From: Catajapyx aquilonaris | Taxonomy: Eukaryota | Length of the DNA stretch: 58,133 bases | Assembly (NCBI GenBank): GCA_000934665.2 | Contig: KZ538118.1 | Location: 62,001-120,133, forward strand | Direction of reading: 5' to 3' | In this document: positions 1 through 13,400 of the stretch, piece after piece | How positions within the stretch are numbered: the first letter of the stretch is position 1 | How the letters are laid out: every line of letters begins with the position of its first letter | Program-made: the position numbers and the translations under genes | The notes under the pieces: generated by a model | Databases searched by the model: none | What the model was told of the DNA's origin: nothing | The model's input: only the letters and a program-made list of their open reading frames with translations

Positions 1-609
1 ATGAAATATGGTCAAATTCGTCAGCAGTGTGGCAGGGAGAGAACTCGGAAAAAGGAAATGTAGAGTGACGAATTATTTGGCCGTGTGGAGGTATTACGAT
101 ATACTATGTAGATACACTGTACAGTACCGCTACTATAAATCAGACATCCAAAGTTGTTATGACAGAACCACGAACCAGTCTTAATGCACATGATATACTT
201 GACAGAAATGAAGGATCCTTTCAGAAGAAGTAATGATATGATTATTATTTGAATTATTCATAATGTACCCCCACATACCCTTTTACTGTGCTGAATATTT
301 TCTTCGCCTGTGCGCATCTATAGAGAAGAGTATAATCTCTGTTTTCCAGCAAGATTACGGATGTTGATGGAAGCCAGATAAGCAGCGTGCTTGTGCTTTG
401 GTATTACCGGCAATTATTACTTATTAGTACACCGCATATTTGAGATGAGTGGATTGTTTGCCCCGCAGGCGTATTGATGAAGAGGTCATTTTAATTGTCT
501 TCAAAGGTGGAGCAAATACTCCATCAAGAAGCCGATTTGAGCATCATGCGTTCAGCCAATGTTCAAGTGGGGAACTTCTGTAATATTATTAAGGACATGA
601 TTGTACTGT

Positions 610-734
610 GGGCCGGTTTCACCGAGCTCAGTATATGATAAAACCAGGGTATTTCTCAAAATCCCTATCTATTTGTATGGATTTTCCTAAAGAAACCTGG
701 TTTTATCATATACCAAGCTCGGTGAAACCGGCCC
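610..734. mobile_element. 125 bp MITE, PIF/Harbinger (Tourist)-like
   Basis: ~39 bp terminal inverted repeats GGGCCGGTTTCACCGAGCTCAGTATATGATAAAACCAGG / CCTGGTTTTATCATATACCAAGCTCGGTGAAACCGGCCC (2 mismatches), flanked by a 3 bp direct repeat TGT (607-609, 735-737). GGGCC ends with a 3 bp TSD fit PIF/Harbinger. Confidence 0.75.
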
Positions 735-3700
735 TGTATGGATCAAACATCTGAAAATTCATCTATCCTAAAGGTGATGATATTACTCTGTAGTATACTA
801 TACTCTGAAGAGCAGCATTCCCTTCGTTGCATAAATTCCTAACTAACAAGGTTGTCCTGAATGTCGCAAGCCTATCAGTACTTCAGCTGTAGTACTTGGC
901 AAACATCTATACCATCTAAGACCAATAATGCAAGTTTTAACAGTGAATAGCTACTACATCAATATAGAGGATCAAACAAAATGTATTCGGCATGAAGAAG
1001 CCTCCGTGACCCATTAGTGCACATAGAGGAATACAGGAAAATGAATTTTAATATAAATGGAGGCAATTATTCAAATCGAGAAATATTTAAATGTGACAAT
1101 TCAGGGCATTATGACAAACAATTCGCACTGCGATCTGTTAGTTGATGTTCCGGCATGGCTCGAATGGCGCTATTAAATAAAAATCCCTCGATGTGGCCAC
1201 GAGCAAATAAACACATTTGGTAGAAATCTGACTACCAAATGAGGATAGAAATTGCGGGGGACTACCAGTCGCAGACGCAGATATTATTGGCAATGTCATT
1301 CACATGAATGATTCATATTCACACGGATGAGGTTTGCGACATTACAGGTCCATTAATGTCCAGCTAAATGTTATATATACTTGCTATAGGATTTGGTACA
1401 AAGCTCTGTCAAGCTACATTACACATTCAAATCATACTGTAGGTGCCAACCCGGTTTTGTAATTACATCACCCGCAGTTTCTAAGGTGTTCCCTATTGAC
1501 TCGTACCACTTCATTCCCTCCAATCACTGCTTATGACCTTAGTTCCCTATACTCTCCACTGCAAATCAATTATCCGTAATGCTATGTGAGCATATTATAT
1601 TTGAAAGCTCTTATGGCAATTAAGAGACCTGGATGCGAAACAGGCTGTATGTTCTCTCAGGAAGTACTCAAACTGTCAAAAGACCACAAAGCTGACTGAC
1701 AACTCCAGAACCCAATTAGTCCTTATTAGATTCCGACATATTATATTTCGTATATACATATTATGCAATAATCCTATAGAAGGCTCATATGGAGCAGACC
1801 CTGACATATTCTACTTATGAGCTCTACCCAGAAAGAGAGCATATTTTTTTCTCATTGTGAATAAAGCAATGCAATAAGAGGTTTTACACCCAGATTTTAG
1901 GTCCGATTGCGAGCTCGACCCACTTAAATCTGAATCATGGGAAGGACATTTTACTGCCGACATTGGGCATTCATTCGCTTGTGATGTTATTGCTGGAAAT
2001 GGCTCGAAACGAGGGAAAGCTGAGGCTGCCAGTCGGATGGTGCGGGAGAAGCAAATTTATTGGCGATATTTATCATTGGACCGGTGTGCAGTAAGGGACT
2101 TTGTCCAATGGATTTCAATGGGTGCGGGATATATATGGGAGGAGGTTTAAAATAATATCAGGGATTCTTTGGGATGACCATTTGATATCAATGTGTTGTG
2201 CATTTACTAAATTTCACTTAACCCAGCAATAGAAACAACCGAATTATTTTCAGCGTAATGGGGCACCATTATGTGCCACCTGAGTTGCACTCTATAAACA
2301 CAGACGTACTGTACATGCGACTGTAACGTAATCATTTGAGAGCAGCAGGTTGTTTAACTTGTTGCAGTCGGATGGCTTAAGAGGTGCTCCAGGTTGTGTG
2401 GAAATATTTGCATAATGTGCCATCATTGCGGAAGAGCGCAATTTTGTTAGTTTCGCATTAATTTTGCATTTTGCATGTGCTTCAAATCCATGATTGCAGT
2501 ACTGTGTCTGCAAGTACGCAGGACGTTCGAGTGAACGAAACGTATAAGAGCAGAGGTCGACCTCTGAGGAAAATCTAACAAACGTCATGAATATTAGATA
2601 AATCCGATGTTGTTTTTAGCTTCACAATCTATGCAGGTATAAGAATCAATACTAATCTGAATGTGTTTTTTCCCCTCCATTTTATTCTGGTCCAGTCCTT
2701 TCAGATGCAGTGTGCTATATATAATATTTAAAACTCAGGAGACTATGTGTGCATGCTGTGAAAGAGAACTGAAGTGAGGTTTCATGCAGATATTACCAAA
2801 AAAAAAATAGGAAGGACTTCATGCCGCTTGATGCATCAAACAAATGCTACAGTTTGTCTGACATGTAAATCCAATGTATTCCCGTGTGTTTTGATGTCGA
2901 AAATTTTTCAAGTACGCCTTTACTCTTCCGTTGGGCTTATTTGCGTTTTTTTTCGGAAAAATGTGGGCATAACTGAGTTTCAGTAAACCCCGGTGCTCTG
3001 AAAGGCTGCTTGAACAAAAACTCGTGTCATTTTGCGTCAAGAGGCAAACTCCATGGAGGCAAAAATGCCTGAAGAGAGAATAATACCAGCCGAAAATTCC
3101 AACGCGTACTACAACATCCCATTTAAATTTAGCTGAAAGTCCACATTTCGCAGCATTTAAAATGTAACCAAAATTACAACTTACAAGCGATTTTGAGCAT
3201 AAAAGGTACCCTTCCACCTCATCTTTGTTTCATCCTGGCATGATGCAACCTAACGAACTTACTTTGCATAAATCAACACCCATACCGTTTTGATATAATT
3301 TGGATCCGGACCTAGGCTATGTCAGAGTGTCCGATCCACAGGGACTCCTTTTGACTGCCCGATAAAGGCCGAAATTGCGTCCGAATGTCCTTTGAGCTCC
3401 ATGAGAAGACGTCACTCAGCTGTCAACCCTTAACAGATTGAGCTTCTCAAGTGGTGAAGAAAAGGGCTGGAAGCACAGTCATGCAACCAAAGACCTGGGG
3501 GTATAATGAGGCATCCCGGAAAACCAATTCAGACCATACAGGCCTTCGTGTCTTGAAGGAAAAAAAAAGTTCTTTTGTTACCGATAGACTTGCCCAAAAG
3601 GGTTTTGCCACAGACATTTTTAGTCGCTTTGTACGGATCAGTGAAGTCGACAATGCAAATCATTTACGCCACAGAACGAAATGTTTAAAAATTCATACCT

Positions 3701-6700
3701 ATCACAGTACTGTCGCAATTGGCTCCACACACAATGCAGATTCGCATTACTTTCTCGTCTTAAATAATTGAGTGTCAATGTAGTCCATCGGTAATTTAAT
3801 TTACATGCAACTTTATATAGAAGAAGGGAGGGATAAAAAGTCCCTCTTTTGAGACACCCGATATTGATTCTCGATTTTAAATTCCGCTCCGGATTTGACC
3901 ATCTTCCTGCTTGGCTGCACATGACGTGCCAATATAATTCTATTTTCAAACCTCTTGATCTATGGACTTGTGCAGTGCACCATCCTGCATAAAAGTACCT
4001 GTAGTCAAACGGTTTTGGCCAGTTGCCGTGTGACACGTCAGAATTTATACACCTCTCGAGAGGCACAGCCATAATTTGAGCGCAGAAACTGAAATTACGA
4101 GATTAGGCCATAAATTTACCACACCGGATGTTGACCTTTTTTCTGGCGAAAATGTACAGTCCAAACATTTTCTCCCGGAAACAAAGCAGTAGGTTGGCTA
4201 TATCTATATAGTGCAATTTGGAGCCATGAGGCGGTGCAAAAATCCCCTTGAGGCTTGTAAAGAGTTCTGGAGAAAAAAACCGAGAGAGATAGAGCTGGTC
4301 CTAGCGTCGTCACTGTCCTCTTTTTGCCTTGACAGCTCCGACTTATGGCCTTGGCTTGCGAAAATTGCCTTCTGCAAGGCCCGGGGACCAGATGACCGCT
4401 ATACACGCATTGAAGATTCAGCCTCGAATGATACATCACTCAGGCTCAAATGCTTATCCGACCTCTCGCCGTATATAGCGTCGTTACAAAGAGATGGAAC
4501 TAGTGACATAGTACTCTTAAAACATTGTGCAAAAATATTAAGTGCGGTCAGTTGGATGAGTGCATCTGATGGAGCTAAAAGTTCCTCGCGAATGTCCGAA
4601 AAGTCTTTAGCACATTTTCGGACAATAGAGTCCCTCAGAGCAGAGTTTGAAACATGTTTCCAAGTTCTTCTTTGGACAGCCATCTCCGTATATATAAAGA
4701 GGTCAGCGAGCCCTCAAAAGAATTGCATTCACAAACTCCTCTCGGAGCCATAACCCCTCAGTAAAACCCGTAAAACCCCTCCCCTTCTTCCTTCTCCCAA
4801 CAGTAGCAAAACGTATCAATGTCCGCTTCACTTTTTACGACCCTGCTTTGAACTCTCGGCACCCAATTCGTCTGCACTCTCTCCATCCTCAAAGTGCTAC
4901 CTACGGCTCCTGGTGCTGCATAGAGCGTACAATTTCCTAATGCATCATGGTGTTCCTGCATGGTCATAAAGAGTACTCAAAGTGCAACAACCTACTTTGG
5001 GATCAAAGAAACGTTTTCAGTAAAATGGCACTTTACCTTCGACTGTTATTTTCAAAGAGTTCTTTGACAGTGCAACACTTTGTGTCAATAATAATTGTCC
5101 TTCTGCAGAGAGCATATGTGGCCATATAGGCCGAACATTGAGTATTATGAATCCAATTAGTGTGGAGTAGATTGATTGGTCATTGCTCTTTAGGGAGCTA
5201 ATAGTCAATCATAATAATAATTACTGTATTACAATGATGACATTAATATTTTATTGATATTGTCACCCGTTATTATGCATAATTTTATACAGGTGGGACG
5301 TCCTTTTTAATGTTATTTCCATGCGAAGATTGATAAAAAGTTTCCTTATTGTTTATGCAGGTCGACATTAGTTTAAAAATAAAAACTCGCATTAAACTAA
5401 CCCTTCTAAACCTGGAGGGATAATTCTACCTTAACCTAATCCGCTTACTCATTTTTCAACTGCAACCAACTCAGAGCAATATATTAGAGTTACAGTAGCT
5501 GTGTGCTTATAAGGGAGGACAATTCCCCTCGTGACCTTACCTTGGATAATAATTGTAATCATTTTGTCAGTGTTGACCTACATCATGTCCACATACAGTG
5601 TACGCAGTATCGTCTAGTTTTTGTGCCGAAACTAAGAACATCCTGAAGCGCACAGCAGAATTTCATGTGTAGTGTTATATACGTGAGTATAGTTTGTAAA
5701 TAATGAATCTCATTTGCGAATAAAGTTGGAGTGTAATAACATGTCATAATGTGGACTAAGGGCATGTAGCAATTGCAACTCCTGGAGATGCACCGCGTCG
5801 TTAAATTGCGTGCCAAATATTCCTTCAGCATTTGCGAATTTCAAGCGTCTGCTGATGCAAAAGTAAACGATGACGCACATTGTTTTCTCCTCATAAAAAA
5901 AACTTCAAAAGAACACGAAACAACTTTAGTGTACATAAAAAGATTTCATCAAGAATCAAATAACAATTAGCGGCTGCGTTGAATTTTATATTCGAATCTC
6001 ACACAATCATTATCAATTAGCATATAATTAAGCATTTTTAATATCTTACTTCAGTCAATTTCGCATGAGAAATTCTGATCAAAAAATTCTGACTTCCACT
6101 TTCGCAAATGCGTTCTTCTCACTTGAAAATATTTCGCTCAGCGCAGCCGAAAAGACGGTAACATGATTATCGAATTTCAAATGGCAACCAACGAATTTTG
6201 CAATATTCTACGGCTCTTTTTACACACACCTGCGCACTAACTACTTTCAAAGCAATCCTAATGCTGGGGCTTTTGTATAGCCAGGCGTACGTGCGAAAGA
6301 GTGACAAAAGTAATTTAGGTCTGTACTTTCAGCTGGAAAAAACTAATGACATTGAGAGACATCATCAACAAAAGTAGTTGGAAGCAATATTGTAGAAATG
6401 GCAGAAATAAGTAAAATTAAGAAAAATCATATTCCGAAAAATATGACAATGTGTCAATCATATTAAAATGACAGTAATTTATGCCTTCAAAAAAATCAGC
6501 AAGATCAGAGAATGTCAGGTCAGCATGCGATGTGTCAGTTCCACATTCTCATTATCACACGTAATGCATGAAAGTCAACCAAGATTTTTAATTACGACCC
6601 ACGCATGACTTGGACATGTCCATTTTCAAAAGTGCATTTGCACACTACCTCGCCACCCCAAAATTATACTCAAGTTAATCAATATATACACCAGGTTGAA

Positions 6701-7112
6701 ATTATAGGAAGGTGATGAAAGTATCATAGATTCCGCTTCATTAGATTGCATGTCGCTGAGAGTGGTTTTTGAGCTGAACACGGTTTTCCCAACATCTATC
6801 ACAAACTTCTTGAGGTGAATTCCGAGCAACTTTTTGAGGGTGGTTGGATGGAAAAAGCTGAGNNNCCCCCCCCCCCCTGACTTTTGCACAAGGTTCTCAA
6901 CTCTTGTAAGGTATATGTACCACCGCAATATCGGCACATCTTGGGAGGCTGTAAAAAAAAAAGTCTCATTAATCGTCTCGCGATGTCACGCTGCGATGAT
7001 GCCAATAACATTATTGATTGCGGTGGTTTCTTTTTGTGACGGAAACATGGGACCACCGTAAGATGTTTATGCGAAGACTTAAAGGAACAATTCGTTGTAT
7101 ATTCCAGACACA

Positions 7113-7433
7113 ATGAGTTTCAACACCACCAGCTTGGATGACCTTTCCGATCTACCATTGGAGGTCATCAATGTGACCCAATCGGCAAACCAGACCGAAA
7201 TGCGAGTGACTATTCCGTACTTGGAGGTGTGGACTGCTTCGGCCATTCAAAGAGTGGCCACATTGGCCGTCCTGATGGTCATGTCTTTGGTCGGGAACAT
7301 GGTCATCATTATCGTCCTGACCTGCTCCAGGTACAGGAAGCGAATGAGCAGGGTCAACCTCTTCATCGTACATTTGGCCATTGGTGATCTGGCAGTCTGC
7401 TGCGTCACCATGACCTCGGAAGTTCTTTTCGAG
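7113..7433 (+). CDS. GPCR coding exon 1 (N-terminus, TM1-TM2)
   Basis: Acceptor ttccAG at 7106-7107, ATG at 7113, MSFNTTS...TSEVLFE, donor GTAAGG at 7434 (phase 0). N-glycosylation sequons NTT, NVT, NQT. Confidence 0.9.
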
Positions 7434-10400
7434 GTAAGGATTTATGAGATTGATTATGAAACACATGGTATTCATTCATAAATCAGTGCTGTTTAGACAA
7501 ATGTAATATTCACATACATATGACTATTCAAAAATGTTACTCTCAAAATATTGATGTTTGAATGAACATGCAGCATAAGTTCTTACCTGTACTCTAGGCT
7601 ACTTACATTGTGTTTGAATAATTTTACTGAATTAATTTTGAGCTATTATCTCAACACAGCTGATTCCACAAGGTCTACTTGAATGTTATCGTTATGGTTA
7701 TCATAATAGACAAAAAATGTTAATTAACCAGCATGGTTCGCAAGACGCTCTGTACTTTTACTGTGGTGTCATTTTTGCTAGAGGCGTACAGTACATGCAC
7801 GGTCGGACGTCAAACAAACCAAACATTTTATGACGCCTTATTTTTGAGCTCTGAACCTTGTGCTTACATAGGCCGTGTCAGGTGCAGATGCCTCTTTTTC
7901 CAGTCAGCCTGAAATTCACCCCCTTTATGCACCAGTGGGTCAAGTTCTGTGGGAAAATATTTTTCAGAGGTCTCCAGAATCTATTATGCTGAGCGTCATG
8001 ATCAGATCGTGTTCTCCTTAAAACAGATGTAGTCTCATAAAGTCATAGTCATTCTTCCTGTCTCGAGACGCACAAGGTTTTAACCTAGCTTCTATATACT
8101 AAAGTTACAGTAAATCCTGCGGGTGTTCTGCAATGTGTACTGTGTAAATTACATGCGAATTTATTTTGCCTGGAAACCTTTTTCTGTAGGATTTAGACAG
8201 GCACAATGTGTTAATTTTTTGCGGTTTAAAAAAATGTAACAGAGTGAATCTCAAATGGTATGTGACTGTAAACACCGACGTTTGTTGTGCTACTCATTAC
8301 GCAAAGTACTGGTACTCTACCTTTTACATACTGTACTTAAAGGGAGACTTTTCCCGTATTTCAGAGTGTATTCTGCTAGTCTGTCAGTGAATGACTGATT
8401 CAAAGTAATAATATTAATGATGCTCATAAGCAAAACAAACTTCTGCATTGCGCACACATCCATAATGCAAACATTTTTCAATTATTAACATATGTTATTC
8501 CCTATGTGGATGTACTATATACGTCATATTGTTTCATACCCCCCGCAAACGAGCTTTATCCTGGCTATCCTAAGCAACCCACACGGCATGATAACAGAAC
8601 CGAGTCAGCGGCAACAGGGCTTGGGGGGTTGGCTGGCTACGGAACCAGGTGGGGGTCGCTGGGCTGACCTTGCTGACCCGTAAGCGATAAAGTTTCTCTT
8701 TTTTGACATTTTTTGACTTGCCCATGCCGGGGGGAAAATAACCATCGTGTCCACTAAATGCGCGCATACGAGCTTGATGGCTACATTCTGCATCTAATCA
8801 GATATCATTGAACTTAGGGAGCATTATGTTTGCTTTTGTGTGCTGATTGTGTGCTGCTGCAATTATTAACTAATTGATGCATTTAAAAGAAGTGTGGGAA
8901 GGGGGGGAGTCATTTGAATGATAAGAACCCATCAAACAAGAGCGAATGCCAGCAAAGGCTGGATGCCTCAGGGGTTCGAAGCCCGTCTGGAGCCACAGCT
9001 GGATTATTTTTAATTGTTTTCTTCTGTTAATATTTTTCCCCCCGGCATTGTCCTCAAATGATAATTTTACAGATCCCCTGTCTAAAACTATATATTGGCC
9101 CGGAAATATCCCCCGACGTAATTATTCGTCCCTTGACCTACCCTTAAACCCGCGCGAATTTTGTCGGTGTGGATACGGGATTATTCGGCATAAACGAACA
9201 AGATATTGAGCACCCATTCCATGGTTCCATGATGGTGCAATTCTATAGGTCTGACACGATACTTCTGAGGAAGTAAAATGAAGACCGGGATGCCCACACA
9301 CAATAAAAACTGACAGTAAGCAGCAGGGCAAGACACTCTCAAATACTATACAGGACGTGTCTGTAAGATGCCAACAAAATTCGTGCTAACGAAGGCAATG
9401 TTATAGCATTTACTTTGGGATGCAATCTGCTTCCCTCTCTCTCGGGACACCGGAAGCAGCACATAAAGCAATGAAACCATCAGGAAATAAGTTGAAGGCA
9501 ATGAACGAAGAACATCATCTTATATAGCTTCATTTTGTCTTTTTACTAAGCTATGTTGCTTGAACGATTTTGCAATGTGACAAAAATGTCAGTACAGCTG
9601 CAAAGGATGATTCCGGAAAGATGTGGTAGTGATCATGGTTTCGGACTACCGTAGTTCCAATGATGAAAAAAACGACTGTCGCAATGCAAGAGTCAAATAT
9701 CTCTTCCAGTTCTTATTTACAATATTACATTGCGAAGAGCCATGCCTAAAAATGTCGGCAACGATCAACAGTTACAACAATATTTCTCCCCCTGCATCGT
9801 CTCTTCTATCTTACCTCCCACCCCTGAGGCATCCAGCCTTTGCTGGCATTCGCTCTTGTTTGATGGGTTCTTATCATTCAAATGACTCCCCCCCTTCCCA
9901 CACTCCTTTTAAATGCATCAATTAGTTAATAAATGCAGCAGCACACAATCAGCACACAAAAGCAAACATAATGCTCCCTAAGTTCAATGATATCTGATTA
10001 TATGCAGAATGTAGCCATCAAGCTCGTATGCGCGCATTTAGTGGACACGATGGTTATTTTCCCCCCGGCATGGGCAAGTCAAAAAATGTCAAAAAAGAGA
10101 AACTTTATCGCTTACGGGGTACGCAAGGTCAGCCCAGCGACCCCCACCTGGTTCCGTAGCCAGCCAACCCCCCAAGCCCTGTTGCCGCTGACTCGGTTCT
10201 GTTATCATGCCGTGTGGGTTGCTTAGGATAGCCAGGATAAAGCTCGTTTGCGGGGGGTATGAAACAATATGACGTATGTAGTACTTTATGCATCATAAAA
10301 TATTTGCCCCAATTTTAGTGCTAAACTATCGATTCGTCTAGATCCGGACGAACACATCCAATTAAATTGCTATGTTTTATATGGGCACTATTGGGGAGAA

Positions 10401-13400
10401 AATACTTACAAATGATTTCAAAAGGGGAATGTTAAGGAGGCCGTAATATATTCAAATAAACTTTGGGCCTAAACTGTTAGCATATTCTTGAAATGTTTTT
10501 GTTTTCCTGGCTCATGAGTCGAAATAAAAGCCCGAAGCATCAAATTAATTTACAGTCCCTTTCCACCACATGTCAGCTCTGCTTGAGAATGATGCGACTC
10601 TTAAGGAAAACGAATATAAATCGTGTTTACGGTCATTTCAACCAGATTGTGAGACGTTCTTGCGTCGTTAAGACGGAAACGGAGAATAGTCTTAACTTCA
10701 TAAGAAACATTTTAAGACGCCGCAGAGAATTTACACATTATCTGCAGTGTGTATGTGCCTTCCTGGGGCCATCATAAACACATGATGGTGCTGAATCCAA
10801 GAGAGACAATGATAATTAAAAGAGAGCCATCTCGTCAATCAACATTCGGGTACGCATTAGTTAATTAATTGTTACCATAGCTTATAGTCAATCATTCCGC
10901 CTGATTAATCTAAATTAGAACTATCAATTAAAAAGGTGGGGGCTCGTGAAAATGTTTACACCCTTTATATAATTACCCCAGAGGCACGTACGTATCAATA
11001 ATTACATGAGTCCTTTAATGAGTCAGTTTTAGTCGCATTAAACGGAAGCCACGAAAGCCACAGAGAAGTCTTATCAAGCACTTTAAAAATGTATATCCTG
11101 CCAGTAAGGCCAATTTTCAGAATAAGTAAATATTAGGCTACAGAAGGTCCCTTGTTTGATATGCAAATGAACCTTCCGTGTGTACAATTAGTACTGAAAT
11201 AATTTGCTCAATCATCTCAAAAATTCACTTTATCCCTGATATAGTAGACATCCCACATGTAGTCAAAGTAAATGATCTTAATTGAAATGGGCGTGTACGT
11301 AATTAGTAAAACATTTTCACATCAAAGGCTCATGTCACCTTATATCTATACGAACTTGCCATTTTCAGCTGTAGGTCAGTCGTTTTCAACCCGCTGAAAA
11401 GGTGATGGTTAGACAGCTTTTTTAATTCGAAAAAAAAGAAACGCGACAGATATCACGTGATAGTTAGAATTTAATTTCCCGGAGCAAATTAGTACGCCGA
11501 TTCACTTTTCCGGCAGCTTGCACAGTGATTAATCAGAACTGCTAATGAAAGCTCACCCACACTTTCATATTAATCGGAGGGGTAGACTCAGAAAGTGACG
11601 GAAGGACAACTTAACCCCCCCAAAAAATGACAGGCCGCAGGTCTGGTTTAACAAGCGAACTTTTTTTTTGCACAAAAATTGGGAAATCGTTCGATAAAGT
11701 TAGAACGTCGGGTGGTAATCGGATTTGCACAGATGAATCGCTTAAAAATCCGAATTATGAAAAGTAAGCTCTGGAATCCAACAAAATGGTGTGTAATTAG
11801 TTTTGAAATTTGGTAGCTTTTCTGCCAAACTTTCGATCCAAGTTTCGCATCGTACATACCACAGACAATACCAGTTTCGCATTGTCTGTGGTACATACAA
11901 CAAGTGAATATCACCGAATAATTTTGCAACCAGCAGCAATATTTCTGCACAATAGAACTCAGCATGCACTATAGGGTCTATTTGCGTCCATTTTTTATGG
12001 TCCTTCATGTCCCGTGAAACAATTGAGACCGCAAAAATAGAGAGTCCTTGAGGCTAAAACAGGGTTTTTTTTTAAAATGGCCAGGATGAGTTGGGAACAA
12101 TTGATTTTTTTATAAGTGGTTTTTTTACTATAGGTGATGCCATCTGCCTGTAAATAAAATTGTCTTCTGCTCCATTTCGTACCTGCCACATGAGAGCCGA
12201 CTTAATGCGTTTCTCAATAATAAATTCAATATTCTGAATTGATTGTCGCGTCCTTTTGGTGAACTCCAAGGCTTCATTACTATAGTTCACACAAGTCTTG
12301 TAACCTCATTACATACCCAAAGGAACCACTAGAGAATTTCAGATTCCAACAACTTTTTTTAGGCTTTATTCCTCCATGCCCAAAACCGTCGGTTAGTTGA
12401 AAAAAATATAAGAAAATGTCGGCGACCTAACCTTAAATCCAGTTCCGAAATTTCATTTCGAATTGCGATTCAACGCGACGGTTCCGCCGCTTTTTTGGAC
12501 CGAAAATTGGCGACCTCAGGCGAATATTCGGAGGCTGCTTTGAGTGCATGGGAAGGATCGATCCTTTTTCGTAGGAAGAGTGCTGGACTCGTGTGTCTGT
12601 CAACGAGGGATTGGCTCGTACAGATGGGCCACTGCTTTAATTGGGTTGGTACAGGGTGAGTCGCTGCTGAACAGCAGTTTGAACGAGCAAAATATATTAA
12701 ACAAAATTAAACAGAACAAAACATGTCGGGATAAAAAATTTTCGCTTGTATGTCAGGACACCATATTATATGTTTCAAAATTTCGCATGAAAAAGTACGC
12801 ATGAAAAGTTGCGTGTCTAATCTCGGTTTTAAGACTTCCAGAATATTCTTTGGTGCAGAACTTGATCCATATGCCATGTAAAATAATAGCAGAAAATATA
12901 TACATAGGTAATAATCTGAAACTATGGACAATGGAACACGAAACCAAGCAAATATTATTATCCCGTATGTTTACAAAATGCCAACAAAGTAATATTCAAT
13001 TAGTATAATTATGGTACTAACCACATAGGTACCTGTTTTCCAGTCATTGATCCGCAAATAATCTACATGTTATGATACTACTATAACTGTAGATTAAAAT
13101 AATTCATATGCGTGTTCATTGTAATTATCCTAAAAATTAAATTCATTGCCGAAAACTAATTGGAGCGTAATATTATTCCTTCTGTGAAAGTATAGTGTTG
13201 TAATATATTATTTTGTTGTCTTTATCTAAACAGAGCTTAATGTGCATATTTAGAGTAATAAATTATAATGCTTATCACATTTCAAGACATTGTGGGCCAC
13301 CCTGTACTTTCACTTTACTGTCCCGGATGAGTAATGAAGTGTAAAAGCGATTGCAACATCTGATGGAACTATTGTTTGGCACACTATGGCGTCGTTCTTT

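Noticed and set aside
8570..10226. Apparently duplicated small ORFs on opposite strands
   Set aside because: A by-product of the inverted repeat; no recognisable protein.
12650..13306. TA|CAGGGTG ... CACCCTG|TA as a single mariner-type MITE
   Set aside because: Only 7 bp of terminal match. Similar CACCCTGTA ends occur near 16709 and 22081, so these may be remnants of separate elements and the boundaries cannot be supported.
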